Shown here piece by piece: positions 22,620-35,800 of a stretch of DNA of 64,000 nt (position 1 is the stretch's first letter; each line of letters starts with the position of its first letter). Under the pieces are notes generated by a model, which did not search any database, was not told the origin of the DNA, and saw nothing but the letters and a program-made list of their open reading frames with translations. Origin of the DNA: Selaginella moellendorffii (taxonomy: Eukaryota > Plantae > Lycopodiophyta); assembly GCF_000143415.4 (NCBI RefSeq), contig NW_003314356.1, forward strand, positions 310,001-374,000. Direction: 5' to 3'. A program made the translations under genes and the position numbers.

Positions 22620-24780
22620 TCTAATTAGGGTTGTTGGGAGAATGAAGGAAATATAACTAGTTGTGTGAAAAAGAACTACTGCTAGAAGAAATGCATTCTT
22701 CAAGTGGTCTTTAGTTAGGATGTTCTAGCTTAGGACATCACTAGCAATGTTTGGAAGAAGATCTAGTATGTTGAAGAGCATGAAGTTTGTGCTCTTGAGC
22801 AGTTTTTTATGGATCTTCTAACAAAAGCACTCCCACGTTTGCCAGATAGCCATATTCTTAGTATCCACCTTGAAAGATGTCATCAATGAATTAGAAGAGC
22901 CAATAAAGAGTTTGACTTTGCCACAAAATACCTTTGAAGAAACAGGGTGAATTAGGGGGAGAAGAGGAAAGTAAGATGTGAAATTAAGTAAAATTTACAT
23001 ACTTTCATGTAGCATTTGTTCCTCCAAGTCCTCTTCTCAGGTATCAAGACAAGCTGGAATGCAATTACCCCTAACAATTCTTGCTATAACTAAGAATAGA
23101 AAACATTAAAAGAAATATCCCTCAATTATAGACACATTTTGCACAATCATCATCATTGTTGATTAATTCCTCTATATGGAGATTTGCATGCCTTCGTCAT
23201 GGTGGAACTTCTTGCATGTCCTAGTTCTCTCATCTTGAAGGACACTTCTCCTCCCATTATGGAAGAATTTCTTATAAGTCCTTCTCACTACCATTTTCAC
23301 TCTCCTCACCATCAACATTGATAGTATTGATATTCTCATAGCCGCCATCTTCGTTATTCAGCATGTCTTCGTCATTGCCTCTTGCAGCCTCTTGGTGGGC
23401 TAATGCATAGTCTAGGATCTCTAATTCCCAAGGGCAAGCTAACTTTATTATCTCTAGAAACTTCATTGTTGTTGAGTATATAGCTTCATTTCTTACACTA
23501 TGCCTCAGGAGTTGATTATATATTGGTGTTTCAAGAGGAATGCCTCTATAGTATAGATACTTGCAATACAATATATTCAAATTGAGTAAAGTTGAGAAAT
23601 TGTAAATTATTTGAAAGCTACTCTCTCATGAAGTAAAGTTGGCAAAACTGTTTATCAAATAGAGTCATGCTTGTGGCCTTCTTTGGCAGCCAGCCATCTC
23701 TGAGTTTTGTAAGCTTAGTGGTGACAAAATCCTTGTATGGAAGCTACTCAGAATCATCCCCTATTAAAGGCACCAAATTTTCATATATAGTTTGTGAAAT
23801 ATAAACATTCCTTCTCATCACATTCTCTATCATATTATCTAAACCACTGCCGGATCAGACACAATATCCCTTTTGGGCGGGGTGGGCCTATTCGGATACC
23901 CGACCCTCTGTTGCTGCCACCCCCGCACCGGCAGCATCGGGTGTCCCATTTTTCTTCTTCCCTAAGCATGCTATTGAGGTCATTTAGAATGTGTATTTAC
24001 TCCTTATATATAAACTTTAACTTTGAGATGTTGTAAATAGTTTAATCTAGTCTTGCATACTAGGAGACAACCTTTATGAGTAACCTTTAAGTAAACATGC
24101 ACAATACTTACTTTTATGACATGCAATCTCTATTATGATATTAACCACTCTTTTTGCTATTGAGATCAGCTATGCTAAATAATTTTTTTACCTTTGTCTT
24201 CTTTGTGATATTGATTTTCTTGTCAATTATGGCTAAATTCCTAGAAAGCTCTTTATTATTTTCAACCAATGAAACTATGCATATGTGCCTTGCCTAATCT
24301 TCACCAACAGCTAAAGACAATGCAAACATTCAATAACAGGGAAGAGGTAGATTAAGAAGAACATACCTTACTTCACACTACTATAATAAAAGCCATTGGA
24401 TTTTTATACCATCTATTAGCATCTTGATAACTTTGTTGATGTTGAATAAGTGATGCCAAATCATCACCATAATGGCTACGAACTGCATCCTCATCTAGAT
24501 TGGTGCGAAGCTGCATTTACTCAATATCATACATTAGGCTTTGCTTCTGCACTATAAACTATTTTAGCCTACAAAAAATAAATTGTCAAAATTGATTGAA
24601 GAGGGATATGTAAGTACATTAATTTTGTGGCAAGCTATAACAATGTTGCAAATATAACCATAGATATTCAAAGTTACTTGTCAGCTAGTCCTTTTGGATA
24701 TTCTTTCCTTACTACCACGATAGTAAAATATCAGTATTACTAGTCTCTTTTTCAATCTCCATCTAAGTTAGTTGAGAAAT
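22620..24780 (-). pseudogene. Decayed coding fragments of unknown identity
   Basis: Exon-like pieces with stops (e.g. 23272-23580; 24410-24568 LK*FIVQKQSLMYDIE*MQLRTNLDEDAVRSHYGDD); no family recognised. Confidence 0.3.
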
Positions 24781-26164
24781 TAGTCCTTGCATGTGCACTT
24801 GACTAGATGAGCATAAGGATGAAATTTCTAAGTGTTATTAGTCAAACATACTTGACCTAGTTAAAAAAACTTATTTGTTAATTTGTATTTGCTAATGTTA
24901 GGAACTGTTGCAATATTGAGCTTGGTCCCTCAATATTAGCCAAATAATAAATTACCATCTCTACCAAACACTCTCGCTATCATGCATCTTGTGTTAGTTC
25001 CGTTCAGTCCCAATTGCTATTTATGGAATGTGTCTAAATTTGCTAATTTAGCATATCTATTGAATATAAAGATTGTTTTGAACACAATAGTTTTGGTCCC
25101 GTGTCTAAATTAGTGGGTAGATCGGGCATAGCCGACCAACTTGAGGTATAGTCTAACTCCCACTTATATATTTGTCCTTGTTCTGCATCTAGCTTGGGTC
25201 TAAGCCCAAGTTTTACACCATGTTAGCTAGTGGAGTACCTATATCCTTGCATTAAACCACTGGTATGCTAAAATAACACTAGACTCTATTTGGCTTTGTT
25301 TTACATGTTGGTCCTGGCATTGGGATGCTGGATGCTCTAAGACTATTCCAAGTCACTCTGTGCTCTTGTCCCTTTACTCCTTGGGTTGTACACTCAGAAG
25401 TCACTTTTTCACTCCTTGGCTCCATGCTTAGGAGTCTGGCTCTGTTCCTTCATTCAGTAGCTCAAACCGTTGAAACTTGGGTTCTACTCCACTGTCCCTG
25501 GACACATGGCATGTGGCACTTGGCATATGAAAGGTTTAAGTTCTACTTCATGGTTATCCTATAATAAATCACCATAGGTTAAAGGGTGAAAACCACATAC
25601 ACTACAAACAACCCTTGAGAGGGTGTTTGTCATTTCTGACTTGAAGATTGAAACATATACCTATATGTGTCCCAAAGCCATTTTATTTGTAAATGTCCAT
25701 GTTGACAAAGTGAGGTGAAGTAGTCCGAATGATGCTTATTTGAGTGAATTGACATAGTGGAATTTCTTGAATCATGTCTTCTAGGCCTTCCCACTTGATT
25801 GATTTTAAAATCATGTGAATAACCTTCTCTCTAGTTCTCAAAACTATCTCCTAAAAGTGTTTATCCATCATATGTTCAAGCAACTCCACTTCTCTTTTAG
25901 CTTCAGGTACACCTCCGATAGCATCAATGTCAGACCTAGCCCCCATTAGGCATCTTGGGGCCAACACCCCCCAGATGTAGCAAGTTTAACTCCCACATAA
26001 ACTTTATTCCCGCATAAACTCCCGCGGATATGTATTTAGCAAGTTTAACTTGCTAAATAAACTCGCATAAACTCCCACATAAAAGTATTTAGCAAGTTTA
26101 ACTCCTGCTTATATATTTGTCCTTGTTTAGCAAGGTAGCAAGTTTATGCCATATCTAGAAGCTA

Positions 26165-26325
26165 TGGTGTTGGATTGGAGTCTTTTGGTAGCATTATGGG
26201 TGGTGGTGGCAGTACTAGTGTCAGCAATGGTGGTGATGGCACTAGTGACAGTGATGACAGTGGTGGTAATGGTGGCAATGGCAGTGATGGTGGTGGTGGT
26301 GGTGATGTTGGTGATGATGGTAATG
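26165..26325. repeat. Degenerate (GGT/GAT)n trinucleotide-rich low-complexity tract
   Basis: GGTGGTGATGGC-type units; the ORFs across it are compositional artefacts. Confidence 0.8.
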
Positions 26326-26851
26326 TGGGCTGTGTTTGTCTCAACTCTACCATTAACCAACTTGATAGTAAGATCATTGTATAGTTAAATTGGACTTATC
26401 AAATACAACATTAGTTGCATTATTGATGTTATTGGGCTTGGTAAAAAAAAAAGAACTTCCACAATACACTTAAGAACAAGAGGCACCAATGCACATCAGG
26501 TAAATTCTTTATTTTTGAAATGATTATGTTCGCAAATGTTTATACCCAGGCCCCAGCTGGGGCACACTATGTTTTAAGCCAGCTGGATCAGCTGGATCAG
26601 GAAATTCTTTGATTTACAGTTTCTGTTGCAAGAGGTGCTGGATGCACAGATTCCTTGCAAATCAGTGGCACCTGCAAGGTGGGAGTGAGATTGTGGGGAG
26701 TGGAAGAGAAGATGAGCAGAGTGGGGCATGCAGACGGGCTTCTTTAGTAAGAGGGTGATGTGAAGTTTAGCACGTTACTGACGGGGCACAAAGCCAATGC
26801 GTGAATGTCATGCATTCAATGTTTGATAGGGACAGTTTGACTAGCTATGAT

Positions 26852-29800
26852 TTATGAAGTTTCACTTACTGATCTTGGAAAGCTGATTGATGGGCCATCT
26901 GGTGCGTACCTTGGATCATAGGTTCCAGGACCAGGTGTGGGACTGCTGGCCTTATAAGGCAGCTTTGGGTATATGCTGCAAGATGGAGTGCTTTGTCTAC
27001 TATTTACAACGTAAGCTCCTGGCCCTGGTGTTTCATCCACTTGCCTATCTGTGAGCCTCTCTCTTATAGTGAAGCTTAAAGATAGAGTTTCTCCCTTGGG
27101 CGAATATGCACCAGGGCCTGGGAGCAGATCTGGAGCTTTGTCCTTGAGCTGTCCATACATAGTAAAGGACGGCGTTGATGGTTTTTGTTCAGTCATATAT
27201 GCTCCTGGTCCGGGTGAGTCACTGTCTGGCGGTGGACTGAACCGAAAGGGCATGGTCAACGCCGGTCCGTCGAGGCTGGATGGTGAAGAATATGTTCCAG
27301 GGCCCGGTGTCTTCTCCACAAGAGTTTCACGGAACTTTCCTCCTAGAGTGAATGCTGGTGGTGATGGGCTACGAAGCTCTTCTTTGGGGTGGTACGCTCC
27401 CGGCCCAGGAACATCGCCATCAAAATTTGCTGTCTCACGAGGCTTGCGCCTGATGGTGAAGGAGATTCCTCGTTCGGATGTGATCGGGTACGTGCCAGGT
27501 CCAGGATTGGCTGATAGTGCAGGTGCCCTGCTTCCCAGCTTACCAGCGAGTGAGAACGCCAACAAGCCCTTCCTTTCAGCCGGCGAGTAGGCTCCAGGGC
27601 CAGGAGTGTCGCTAACTTTGTAATCCTGCACTCTGGTGCCAAATTTATAAGCTGGAGCTTCTGACCAGGCGGTAGCGACCGCATCCGTGTAGTCACCTGG
27701 TCCAGGTGTTTCCTGCGCAAACTGGTTATCCCCAGTACGGATGCCAAATGTGATCATGGGCCCCACTGCTGCCGGAGCGCTGTAGTGTGCGCCAGGACCA
27801 GGTGTGTCGAGCGCGTTTGGTCTCTCTATACGGACTGCCATGCTGTACTTTGGACCGTCGTCATCTTGCTTTGGGCTGTAGGCTGCAGGGCCTGGCGATC
27901 GGTTTGCCTCCTTGCTGGTAAACTTGGTAGCCATAGTGAATCCCGGTGCATCGTGGAGCGGCTCAGGGCTGTAATGTCCTGGCCCTGGACCATCGCTACC
28001 CTTTTGTGGACCAGACCGCGCTGTCTCAGTTATCAGCACATTCTTGCAAGTCTCATATACAGGGTTGGGATTGTACGCCGCAGGACCGGGGCTCTCTTCC
28101 ATCTTGCATGATGGCAAGCTTCCACCCAATAAGTAGGCTGGCGCCGCTGGCGAGCAGAGACGCGTACCAGAACCAATAATGTAGGAACCTGGGCCGGGAG
28201 TTGGATCTAAGGGCCGTGGCTCCACTCGTGAAGCCATGGTGTAGTGAGGACCATCTGTGGTGGTTGTTTCCAGATAAGCACCAGGCCCTGGCGTTTCTTC
28301 AGGCTTTGGATCCAGTATTTTCTTTCCAATGGCATATGAAGGACTGTTGCTCCTCCTGTTTGCTTCATAGGCTCCAGGGCCAGGCGACTTGTCAGGTTCC
28401 GGGTGCCGTAACTTTGCGCCCAGTGAAAAGGCGACCCCCGTGTGCTCGGGTAGTGGATATGAGCCAGGCCCGGGAGTCTTATCCAAGAGTGGTGTCCTGG
28501 GACGAGCTTGCATACTGAAGCTTTGAAGGTCCTTGCCGACGTTCCCTTTGTTCACCGTGTATGATCCTGGCCCTGGGTTATTAGCATCCCCAAGGTGGGT
28601 GGCAGCTTGCCTCGACGGCATTGTGTAAGCCGGTCCTTCCCGCTTGTGCTCAATGCGGTAAGCTCCGGGCCCCGGGGTCACAAACAGTTCTGGAGCAGGA
28701 ACAGCTCGACCACTCAACGAAAAAGCTGGCGCATTCGATTGCAAAATGAGTGCATAGGCTCCGGGTCCGGGTATTGATGCGTTATCTGAGTCAGGCAAGT
28801 CATATCTGCCCCGGATGCTCGCGGTGGGCCCCTGCCTTGGTCCGGTTGTCTCGTAATCACCAGGACCGGGAGTTTCCTGGTCATGCGGCGGGCTGAGTTT
28901 GTTGCCAATAGTGACACCAGGTTGCTGTCCGATTGCTTGATAGGCAGCCGGATAGGAACCAGGGCCTGGGGTTGGGTCTGCCGCAACGTAGGTTCCTTTG
29001 TTGCTGATGGAGTAGTGAGGTCCAGATGGGGTACATTTGATGTTGTAATGGCCGGGACCAGGTTGTACTGGTGTATTTGTCTCTTCAACTTTTGCTCCCA
29101 TCGTAAATGATGGTGACGAAGCCTTTGGCCAAACTGAGTAGGCACCAGGGCCTGGCGTTGAGCCAGTGAGCTTAGGCTCCTGGCGCTTAGAGCCAATGAT
29201 AATGCTACATGGCGGTGATGAGAGCCTGGAATCGGACGTCTGATAGTGACCTGGGCCAGGCATGTTCTCTGGCTTGAGAGGTGCCTGAATTTTCTTGCCA
29301 AAGGAGAACACTGGCGACATGGGCTTGTTGGTCGTAACTGTGTAGCTTCCGGGCCCTGGGTTGCCTTGAGTAGGATCTGGAATGCACGACAACTTGCCAA
29401 AAATTGTGTAGGCTGGTCCATTGGTGACACTGTCCTGGTGATAAGCTCCAGGTCCTGGCAAGCTCTTGCCGTCCAACCTGTTGACAATTGATGACCTGTC
29501 TCCCATTGTGTAGGATGCAGAGGAGGAAAATGACTTCACTTCATATGCACCGGGTCCAGGGAACTGGTTTCCCGCTGGCCTGTTGGTGAGGCCACCCAGG
29601 GTGTAGGATGGGCCAGTTGTTGTATAATTTGATGACCTTGCGGATGGAGTTGCAGAATGATACGATACGCCCAGTAACTTCGTGGACCTCTGTTTGGTGA
29701 TTATTTTGAAAGCAGGGCCTGTGGCGTCGATTTTATAGTACCCTGGTCCAGGAGTCATTAAAGTGTTTTTCACTGGTTGCAGCTTCGGTCCAATGGAACA

Positions 29801-30814
29801 GGAGAGCTGTGAAGCAGCTGCAGCTTTAGTGCTGGGGTTATAATGTCCGGGGCCGGAGGCCAAAGGAGCGGGGTCCCTGCGTGCTGACAATCTCAAGTCA
29901 GGAGCCCTTCCTTTCTCTGAGGAAGGACACTGGTCTTGTGAAGGGATTGAGCGTGCAGTGCTGGCTCTAGATACTGGTGCAGACGCAACTGATGCACCAC
30001 CCCGAAGTTGTGATGGCTTTTGCCCCAGCTCTACTGTGTAACTGGCGGCTTCCAGGTTATTGTCAAGGTGCCAAACTACGGGGAGTTCAAGGGAGCTGTT
30101 CTTGCCAGAGTTGTGAGACCAGCCAGCAAATTGAGATTCAGGGCTGGAAGAACTTCTGCTAATGTTGCCATCGTTGCCGTTCTTTAACTTGTGGCCATGC
30201 TTTTGTGGATCCAGCTTTATTGTTGCAACTTGAATATCTCTCTGGGAATGGTGACGAGAACCTGGGTTTTTCGATGATCGGTTGGTGCTGCAAGTGCATG
30301 AATAGTCCAGTGTTTCTGGATTGGGACTGCTGCTCTTTGTCTGTTTGCTGCTAAAGACGGTCCCTCTTGTGGAAGTAGTGTCGAGAGGAACACGGTAGGT
30401 TCCTGGCCCGGGAGTGATAGACGTCTTTTTATACACCTTCTTCCCCATTGTGAAGGCCATGCTCGTCGATTGTGACCTTGGAGAGTATTCTGCTGGACCA
30501 GGGGTGGGTTTTGTCGTTGGCTCGAATCTTGATCCAAAAGAGAAGCATGGCGATGCGACCCGTCCGACAACGCCGAATGGGGAGAGATCGTAAGAGCCAG
30601 GCCCGGGTGTTTGGCTGGGTTTGGCGGGAATCCGTGCATGGATTCTGAATGCCGGTCCGTCCTGGCGCTTGTGGACGTGATAGGATCCTGGGCCTGGCGA
30701 TTTCTCGCTGGACTCCTTAATCTGTAACTTGCTGCCGAATGTGTAGCCCGGCTCAATCTTTCGCCTTGGAGAAACGCGTGGACTGGAACATGATTGGCCA
30801 TCGGGCTTCTTCAT
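26852..30814 (-). CDS. SHIPPO-repeat (PGPGxY) protein, ODF3/STPG-like axonemal microtubule-associated protein, 1320 aa
   Basis: About 34 (T/S)PGPGxY repeats, most followed by P(A/S)(F/Y)(T/S)(M/I/F)G-type spacers; one long ORF. A possible acceptor at about 30838 may add a 5' exon. Confidence 0.9.
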   Translation of the reverse strand: MKKPDGQSCSSPRVSPRRKIEPGYTFGSKLQIKESSEKSPGPGSYHVHKRQDGPAFRIHARIPAKPSQTPGPGSYDLSPFGVVGRVASPCFSFGSRFEPTTKPTPGPAEYSPRSQSTSMAFTMGKKVYKKTSITPGPGTYRVPLDTTSTRGTVFSSKQTKSSSPNPETLDYSCTCSTNRSSKNPGSRHHSQRDIQVATIKLDPQKHGHKLKNGNDGNISRSSSSPESQFAGWSHNSGKNSSLELPVVWHLDNNLEAASYTVELGQKPSQLRGGASVASAPVSRASTARSIPSQDQCPSSEKGRAPDLRLSARRDPAPLASGPGHYNPSTKAAAASQLSCSIGPKLQPVKNTLMTPGPGYYKIDATGPAFKIITKQRSTKLLGVSYHSATPSARSSNYTTTGPSYTLGGLTNRPAGNQFPGPGAYEVKSFSSSASYTMGDRSSIVNRLDGKSLPGPGAYHQDSVTNGPAYTIFGKLSCIPDPTQGNPGPGSYTVTTNKPMSPVFSFGKKIQAPLKPENMPGPGHYQTSDSRLSSPPCSIIIGSKRQEPKLTGSTPGPGAYSVWPKASSPSFTMGAKVEETNTPVQPGPGHYNIKCTPSGPHYSISNKGTYVAADPTPGPGSYPAAYQAIGQQPGVTIGNKLSPPHDQETPGPGDYETTGPRQGPTASIRGRYDLPDSDNASIPGPGAYALILQSNAPAFSLSGRAVPAPELFVTPGPGAYRIEHKREGPAYTMPSRQAATHLGDANNPGPGSYTVNKGNVGKDLQSFSMQARPRTPLLDKTPGPGSYPLPEHTGVAFSLGAKLRHPEPDKSPGPGAYEANRRSNSPSYAIGKKILDPKPEETPGPGAYLETTTTDGPHYTMASRVEPRPLDPTPGPGSYIIGSGTRLCSPAAPAYLLGGSLPSCKMEESPGPAAYNPNPVYETCKNVLITETARSGPQKGSDGPGPGHYSPEPLHDAPGFTMATKFTSKEANRSPGPAAYSPKQDDDGPKYSMAVRIERPNALDTPGPGAHYSAPAAVGPMITFGIRTGDNQFAQETPGPGDYTDAVATAWSEAPAYKFGTRVQDYKVSDTPGPGAYSPAERKGLLAFSLAGKLGSRAPALSANPGPGTYPITSERGISFTIRRKPRETANFDGDVPGPGAYHPKEELRSPSPPAFTLGGKFRETLVEKTPGPGTYSSPSSLDGPALTMPFRFSPPPDSDSPGPGAYMTEQKPSTPSFTMYGQLKDKAPDLLPGPGAYSPKGETLSLSFTIRERLTDRQVDETPGPGAYVVNSRQSTPSCSIYPKLPYKASSPTPGPGTYDPRYAPDGPSISFPRSVSETS

Positions 30815-31575
30815 TCTAGTATGCGCCTTCTGAAGACCTGCACACCATGCGATGGATTAGAATGTCAGTGCGGTGCAACGGTCATACACACCGTTTTGAG
30901 GATTGCAAGTGCGATGAGGAGTGCTTACTAAATTCCTGGGTTTTGAGAGTGCAAGAGATGCTAGTGATTCCACGTGGGACGAGGAGTTTATATATATACA
31001 ATTCTATTTTTGTATCTTTCACAAATTTCAGATCAATATTTTCTAGTTTCCGTGTTATCTTCTAAATTCCTTTCATAGATCTGTGATCATGCAGAGGCAG
31101 CTCTCCGGACAAAGGGAATTAGATTCTCGTTCAGCATACCTGTTCAGTTTTAAGCACAAACAACCACTATAATCTATAGACAACACAAAAAAGATCACAT
31201 TAATCTTAAGACTGGAGATTACCTTCTTACATTAACCAAGTATCTGAGAGAACTATTTAAATTTTAGTCCTTTAATGCATATCTTTATTTATCAGCCAAG
31301 CGCATATACTGTTGTTTGACGTCATCAGACTTTTGGATATGGCAGTTGCCAAGCCGCCAGGGTTCTACGGATCTCAACGTGAGGGTAAGGTGCGTACCTC
31401 CATTGCTCGACTAGCTCACTCTTCAACAACTTACTCCGAGTCATGCAACAACTGATGGGACTAATCACCTCGTGGAGATTTGCAACATTGGTTTGTTTCT
31501 TGTTCTTATTTCTTCCCTTGGCATTGAATTTAGTTAGAAGACCAGAGATAACCAGTTCTCTTCTATCGATAGCTG

Positions 31576-32416
31576 ATGGGGGACCCATCCGGCCATCAAA
31601 GCAGCTACATCTATTTCGATTCGGATAGCTCCACACTGCGAGCAGATTCATTCTCAGATGGAATTCTTAGGTGCAAGGGATGTAACTATATTCTCAGCGC
31701 AGAGCACGTCACGGCATGCAGGTACTGCATGGGTGACTTGAACACAAAAAACAAGAAGCTCAGGAGTACACTTCATGAATTGGAGGAAGAACTGCTAAGG
31801 CTGCAGCGAGATCTCAGTTTTCTCAGAACATGGGATGAGGAGCTCACCAATAGCACATCAGGAACTGGTGACATAACTCTGAAGACTAGAGATGGCAACT
31901 TTTTTAAGGCACATCAGCTTATTTTGGTATATCTTCCCATTTCAGTGGCAGACAGCTAAATGATTACCTTGTCAACAGGCAAGCCGGTCTCCAGTCTTCA
32001 AGAGACTCTTAGACGAAAGGCGTGAGGTAGACAAAGGGGTGCTCACAGTCCACGACATGAATCCAGACATATTTGCTCCGTTTTTGGACTTCCTCTATAC
32101 GGCTCAGGTTAGCAACAAAGTGCTGGAAAAGAATGCGTCAGACTTGCTAGCTGCAGCTCATATGTACAGCATTCCCTCGCTGAAGTCAATATGCGAAGGC
32201 TTCATATGCCAGCAGATGAGTCGAGATAACGCTGTTGCAATGGTAGAGTTGGCCTGCAAGTATGACGCGGTAAGCATTCGAGAGGCAGCCTATGATGCGG
32301 TGACTATGACTTACAGAGACATTCTTGCCTGTCCAAATTTCAAGAAACTTTTGGAAAGAGAACCCCGAATTGCGGCCGATATGCTTAAGGAAATACTTCT
32401 CCGGACAACAGCTTAA
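31576..32416 (+). CDS. BTB/POZ domain protein (exons 31576-31926, 31979-32416)
   Basis: 52-nt GT-AG intron removal gives FKAHQLILASRSPVFK; FLDFLYTA and LLAAAHMYSIPSLKSICE follow; N-terminal CxxC...CxxC and a coiled coil. Confidence 0.9.
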
Positions 32417-32865
32417 AACAGACAGTAGAGCATATTAATGTATATATGTGAATTAAGTAAATACAGAAGCAAACATTATGCGACGTGCATTTTTCTTTGC
32501 ATTGAGGTGGTAGTTATATGATGTCTTTTGGCGCCAAAGTTAAAACCCAAACTCTAGGTTGGCACGACGTAGCTGCTAAAGATGAGCAAGGGAGCATCCG
32601 CGGCTGGAAAAGGACCAATAATATCCAAAGGAACTCCTGCGCCACCTCGTTCAAAGGATGGCAAGGTGTAGACGCCAATGAATTTTGTCAACGTGCTCAT
32701 TCCCTCGTACAGGACCCTCCATTGCCTGCGTTTCCTATCACCTGGACTTCAATGGGGATGTGTGTTGAATGTGTGGAGCCCTATCTCAACGTCACTAAAC
32801 TGATAGAGTTAGTAAACGCTGCAACACTTCCAGATTTGAGTGTCACACTCGTTGACGCTCAGGAA

Positions 32866-35800
32866 ATGGCCGAAGAGGTAATTCTATATGTATCGGCCCT
32901 AGACCCAAACATAAGTGCAGGAAATGTATGTCGAAGATTCTCAACTTGGAGCGGCTTTAAAGGAAGCCAAAAAGGTGGGATTTATTGCACCGCAGCGTTC
33001 GATAAACGTCGCTTTGCAGGATTTTACTGATAAAAAGAAAGAACCTTTGAAGGAGAACTGGGTCCCTCCAGAATCACTCTCACAACTTCTAGCTGGTAGT
33101 CTACATAATACAGTGATTTGAAAATTTTCAAGTTTTTCTGTTCAGTAAGGTCAAAATTGGACAATGACTATGAGCACAGACAAGAAGAAATCAGAAGAGA
33201 CACTGCATTGTCAAAAGCAAAGAAGGCTTTTGAAGTACTCTTTCTTGCCAACATTTAGTTCATTGTTTATTTTTCTTTCAGGACGCCAAATTAGCTGTAG
33301 AAGATGCCGAAACTCATTTAGCAGCCTCAAAAAGTGCAGTCAAAGACTGTATAGAGAAAGAAAGGTTGCGAATTAAAGCTGAAAAAGAAATGAAAGATGC
33401 GGGGAAAGAAGCATCACCTGAACCGAAAACCAAAGCGCCTCTCACCAAAGGTAGGTTTTCATAGTTATACAAAGCCATAACATTCTATATAGGCAAGGAC
33501 GCTAAATACAAAGAATCGGTGGCTCCTATCCTGGACTTCAAAACCGAGCTTCTGAGATTAAGACAAGTGGTTGCTGACGCAGAGAAAAATCTTCAGGAAT
33601 TACAACAAAAAGTGAGCTATTAAAAAAGTCACTACTTCCAAAAACATGCTTATTTCTCAGGTAATAGAATGTCAATCAACGGAGGCTACAACAGAGTCAT
33701 CTTTACTGTCTCCATACGTCACAGGACGATTATATTGGTGCCTTATTAACGCAGCAAGCTCGGAATATCTTGCCAGCGTGGCTGCAGCGGAAAAGCCCAT
33801 GTTTGGTGCTCTTTTCTATATTGCTCCAAGATATATATTGCCACCTCAAGAAGAGCTGTCTATCCTACCATTGCTGGATACTACACCTGTGCTAGTTTCC
33901 GATCTTAGGAAGCTCAGAGAAATATCTCAGCTATTCGAACCAGCGAGAAAGGTTGCCATTGTCGATGTACGCTATGATAAAGTGTCTGCTGCTCCAGTGG
34001 AGTCCTCTTCGGATCAGAAGAAGGCCAAGGACAAAAAGACCGATAAAAGAGGATTAGTTGATGACACCTCTGTTCCGTACGACACTATTGCAACAGCTTT
34101 ATCTGCAGCATTTAAAAGTTTTCTTATTCAAGTCCGAGACTTTCAAGAAATTCGGAAGCATGCTGTCGATGTTAGCGTTCCAGATGCGGTGTCAACCAAG
34201 GTTGAGAAACTGATCGTCTTAATACTTCTAATCCTACAAGTAAATGCAGGAATTGGACATGTCACATTATAAAAAGCTTATATCATTCGTTCCAGAAGCC
34301 ATGGTTAGCGTTTCTATAATCTTACACTGCATGCTCGAGCAAATCAGTGAAATGCTACTAGCCAAATTGGAAATTAAAAGCACATTTTGCAGAAGCACAG
34401 GGGAGGTGATTAGAGAAAGCTTTAATAGGACGGGTCATTCTGGCAAAGAGGATTGTCCAGTCACGTGTTCGAGTTGTTGTCAGTGTTATAGATGCCTAAT
34501 AACAAAAGAAGGTCCGGATCCGCTTATAGTAGTGAATGAGGGCGACAAAGTGGGCCTTCTTACTGCCACAATGCTTAAAAGCAAGCTTGAATCAACGACA
34601 AAATGGTCTGCCGCCGCTGCACTTGATATTGTAGAAATCGAAAACCAGATGATACGTCTCCTTCCAACTCCAGGTTTGTTTGTTCTTTTTGCGCACCCCT
34701 ATAATAATGTCAAATTCTGATTATAGGACTTAACAGAAGGGGAATGCCTACTAAGGCAGGGCTAGGGAAGGAAAGGAAAGGAGCGTTTGCAACTGCTCTT
34801 AATTCATCAAGCCATGGATTCTTTTCAAAAACTGAACGTTTCAGAAAATTGGTAGCTTTATTCAAATAACTTTTCAAAAATTAAGAATTTATGTTTTTTT
34901 AGAACTTGTTTTCATCGATGTTTCCTGCGGAGGATATTGATGCAAATAGTATTATTAACCGTTATCAGATAGAGAGATTACCTGACACGGTACTTGGTCA
35001 AGTTTTCTCAAACGCGAGACTATCTTTACCGTTTCAAGTGATGCGGTACGACCAAGATGATGATTGTGTCCTGTCAGCTTTATATGTCAAAGAAGGAAAG
35101 CACTTGTGGAAGCACCAAATTAATTGCCAGGCATGTTCATCCTCAAAGCTTATCCTTGTTGCTTCTATTAATTGCTACCTGCAATTCAGGTTCCGTTTGG
35201 TGATTTCTGCACAGCCGAATGGGCATCTGAGTTGCCAAGGTCTTATCATCTAGCATATGAGGTTGAGCGAAGCAAGACCTTGGTTCTTGACGAAACTGTG
35301 CTATTATTTACAAAGAACGATGGCCTTGTTCGATGTGGTCTTTCATCTGCATACTCAGTGCGAAGAGCTCCTCAAACAACCGTTTACAAGGTTTACAAAT
35401 AGATAATTCATCCTTTAGTTATTATTGTGCCTTCTACAGGATAGTAACATGTATTTACTTCGCGAGTGTGGGCAAGGCAACTGTTTCATTGCGTGCTTAA
35501 AGGACGGTGTTATTGTATATTTTTTTTTGGGTGCAGATGGTACACCGAGGCTGCAAATAAAAGTTCCCACTGGTCAGACTTACGAAATTTCGTCCGGAGT
35601 GGTGTGTATGTTGCCTGATACATTCACTGGGGAATGCTTCCAAGCTGATGAGATTATTTCAAGGCAGTCACCGGCTTCAAACGATCTACTTACCAGCACA
35701 ACTAACATGGTAAATATTATTAAAAAAGAACAAGGCTTATTAGAACATTGGAGATGCGTCTTACCATCCGGAACAGCAGTCCGATACATGCAGAATGGAG

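Noticed and set aside
26127-26388. Gly/Thr/Val-rich ORFs
   Set aside because: Translations of a trinucleotide-rich low-complexity tract.
27051-30801. Antisense and alternative-frame ORFs over the SHIPPO gene (likewise over gag-pol and the accessory gene)
   Set aside because: Shadow ORFs of long coding regions with no independent motifs.
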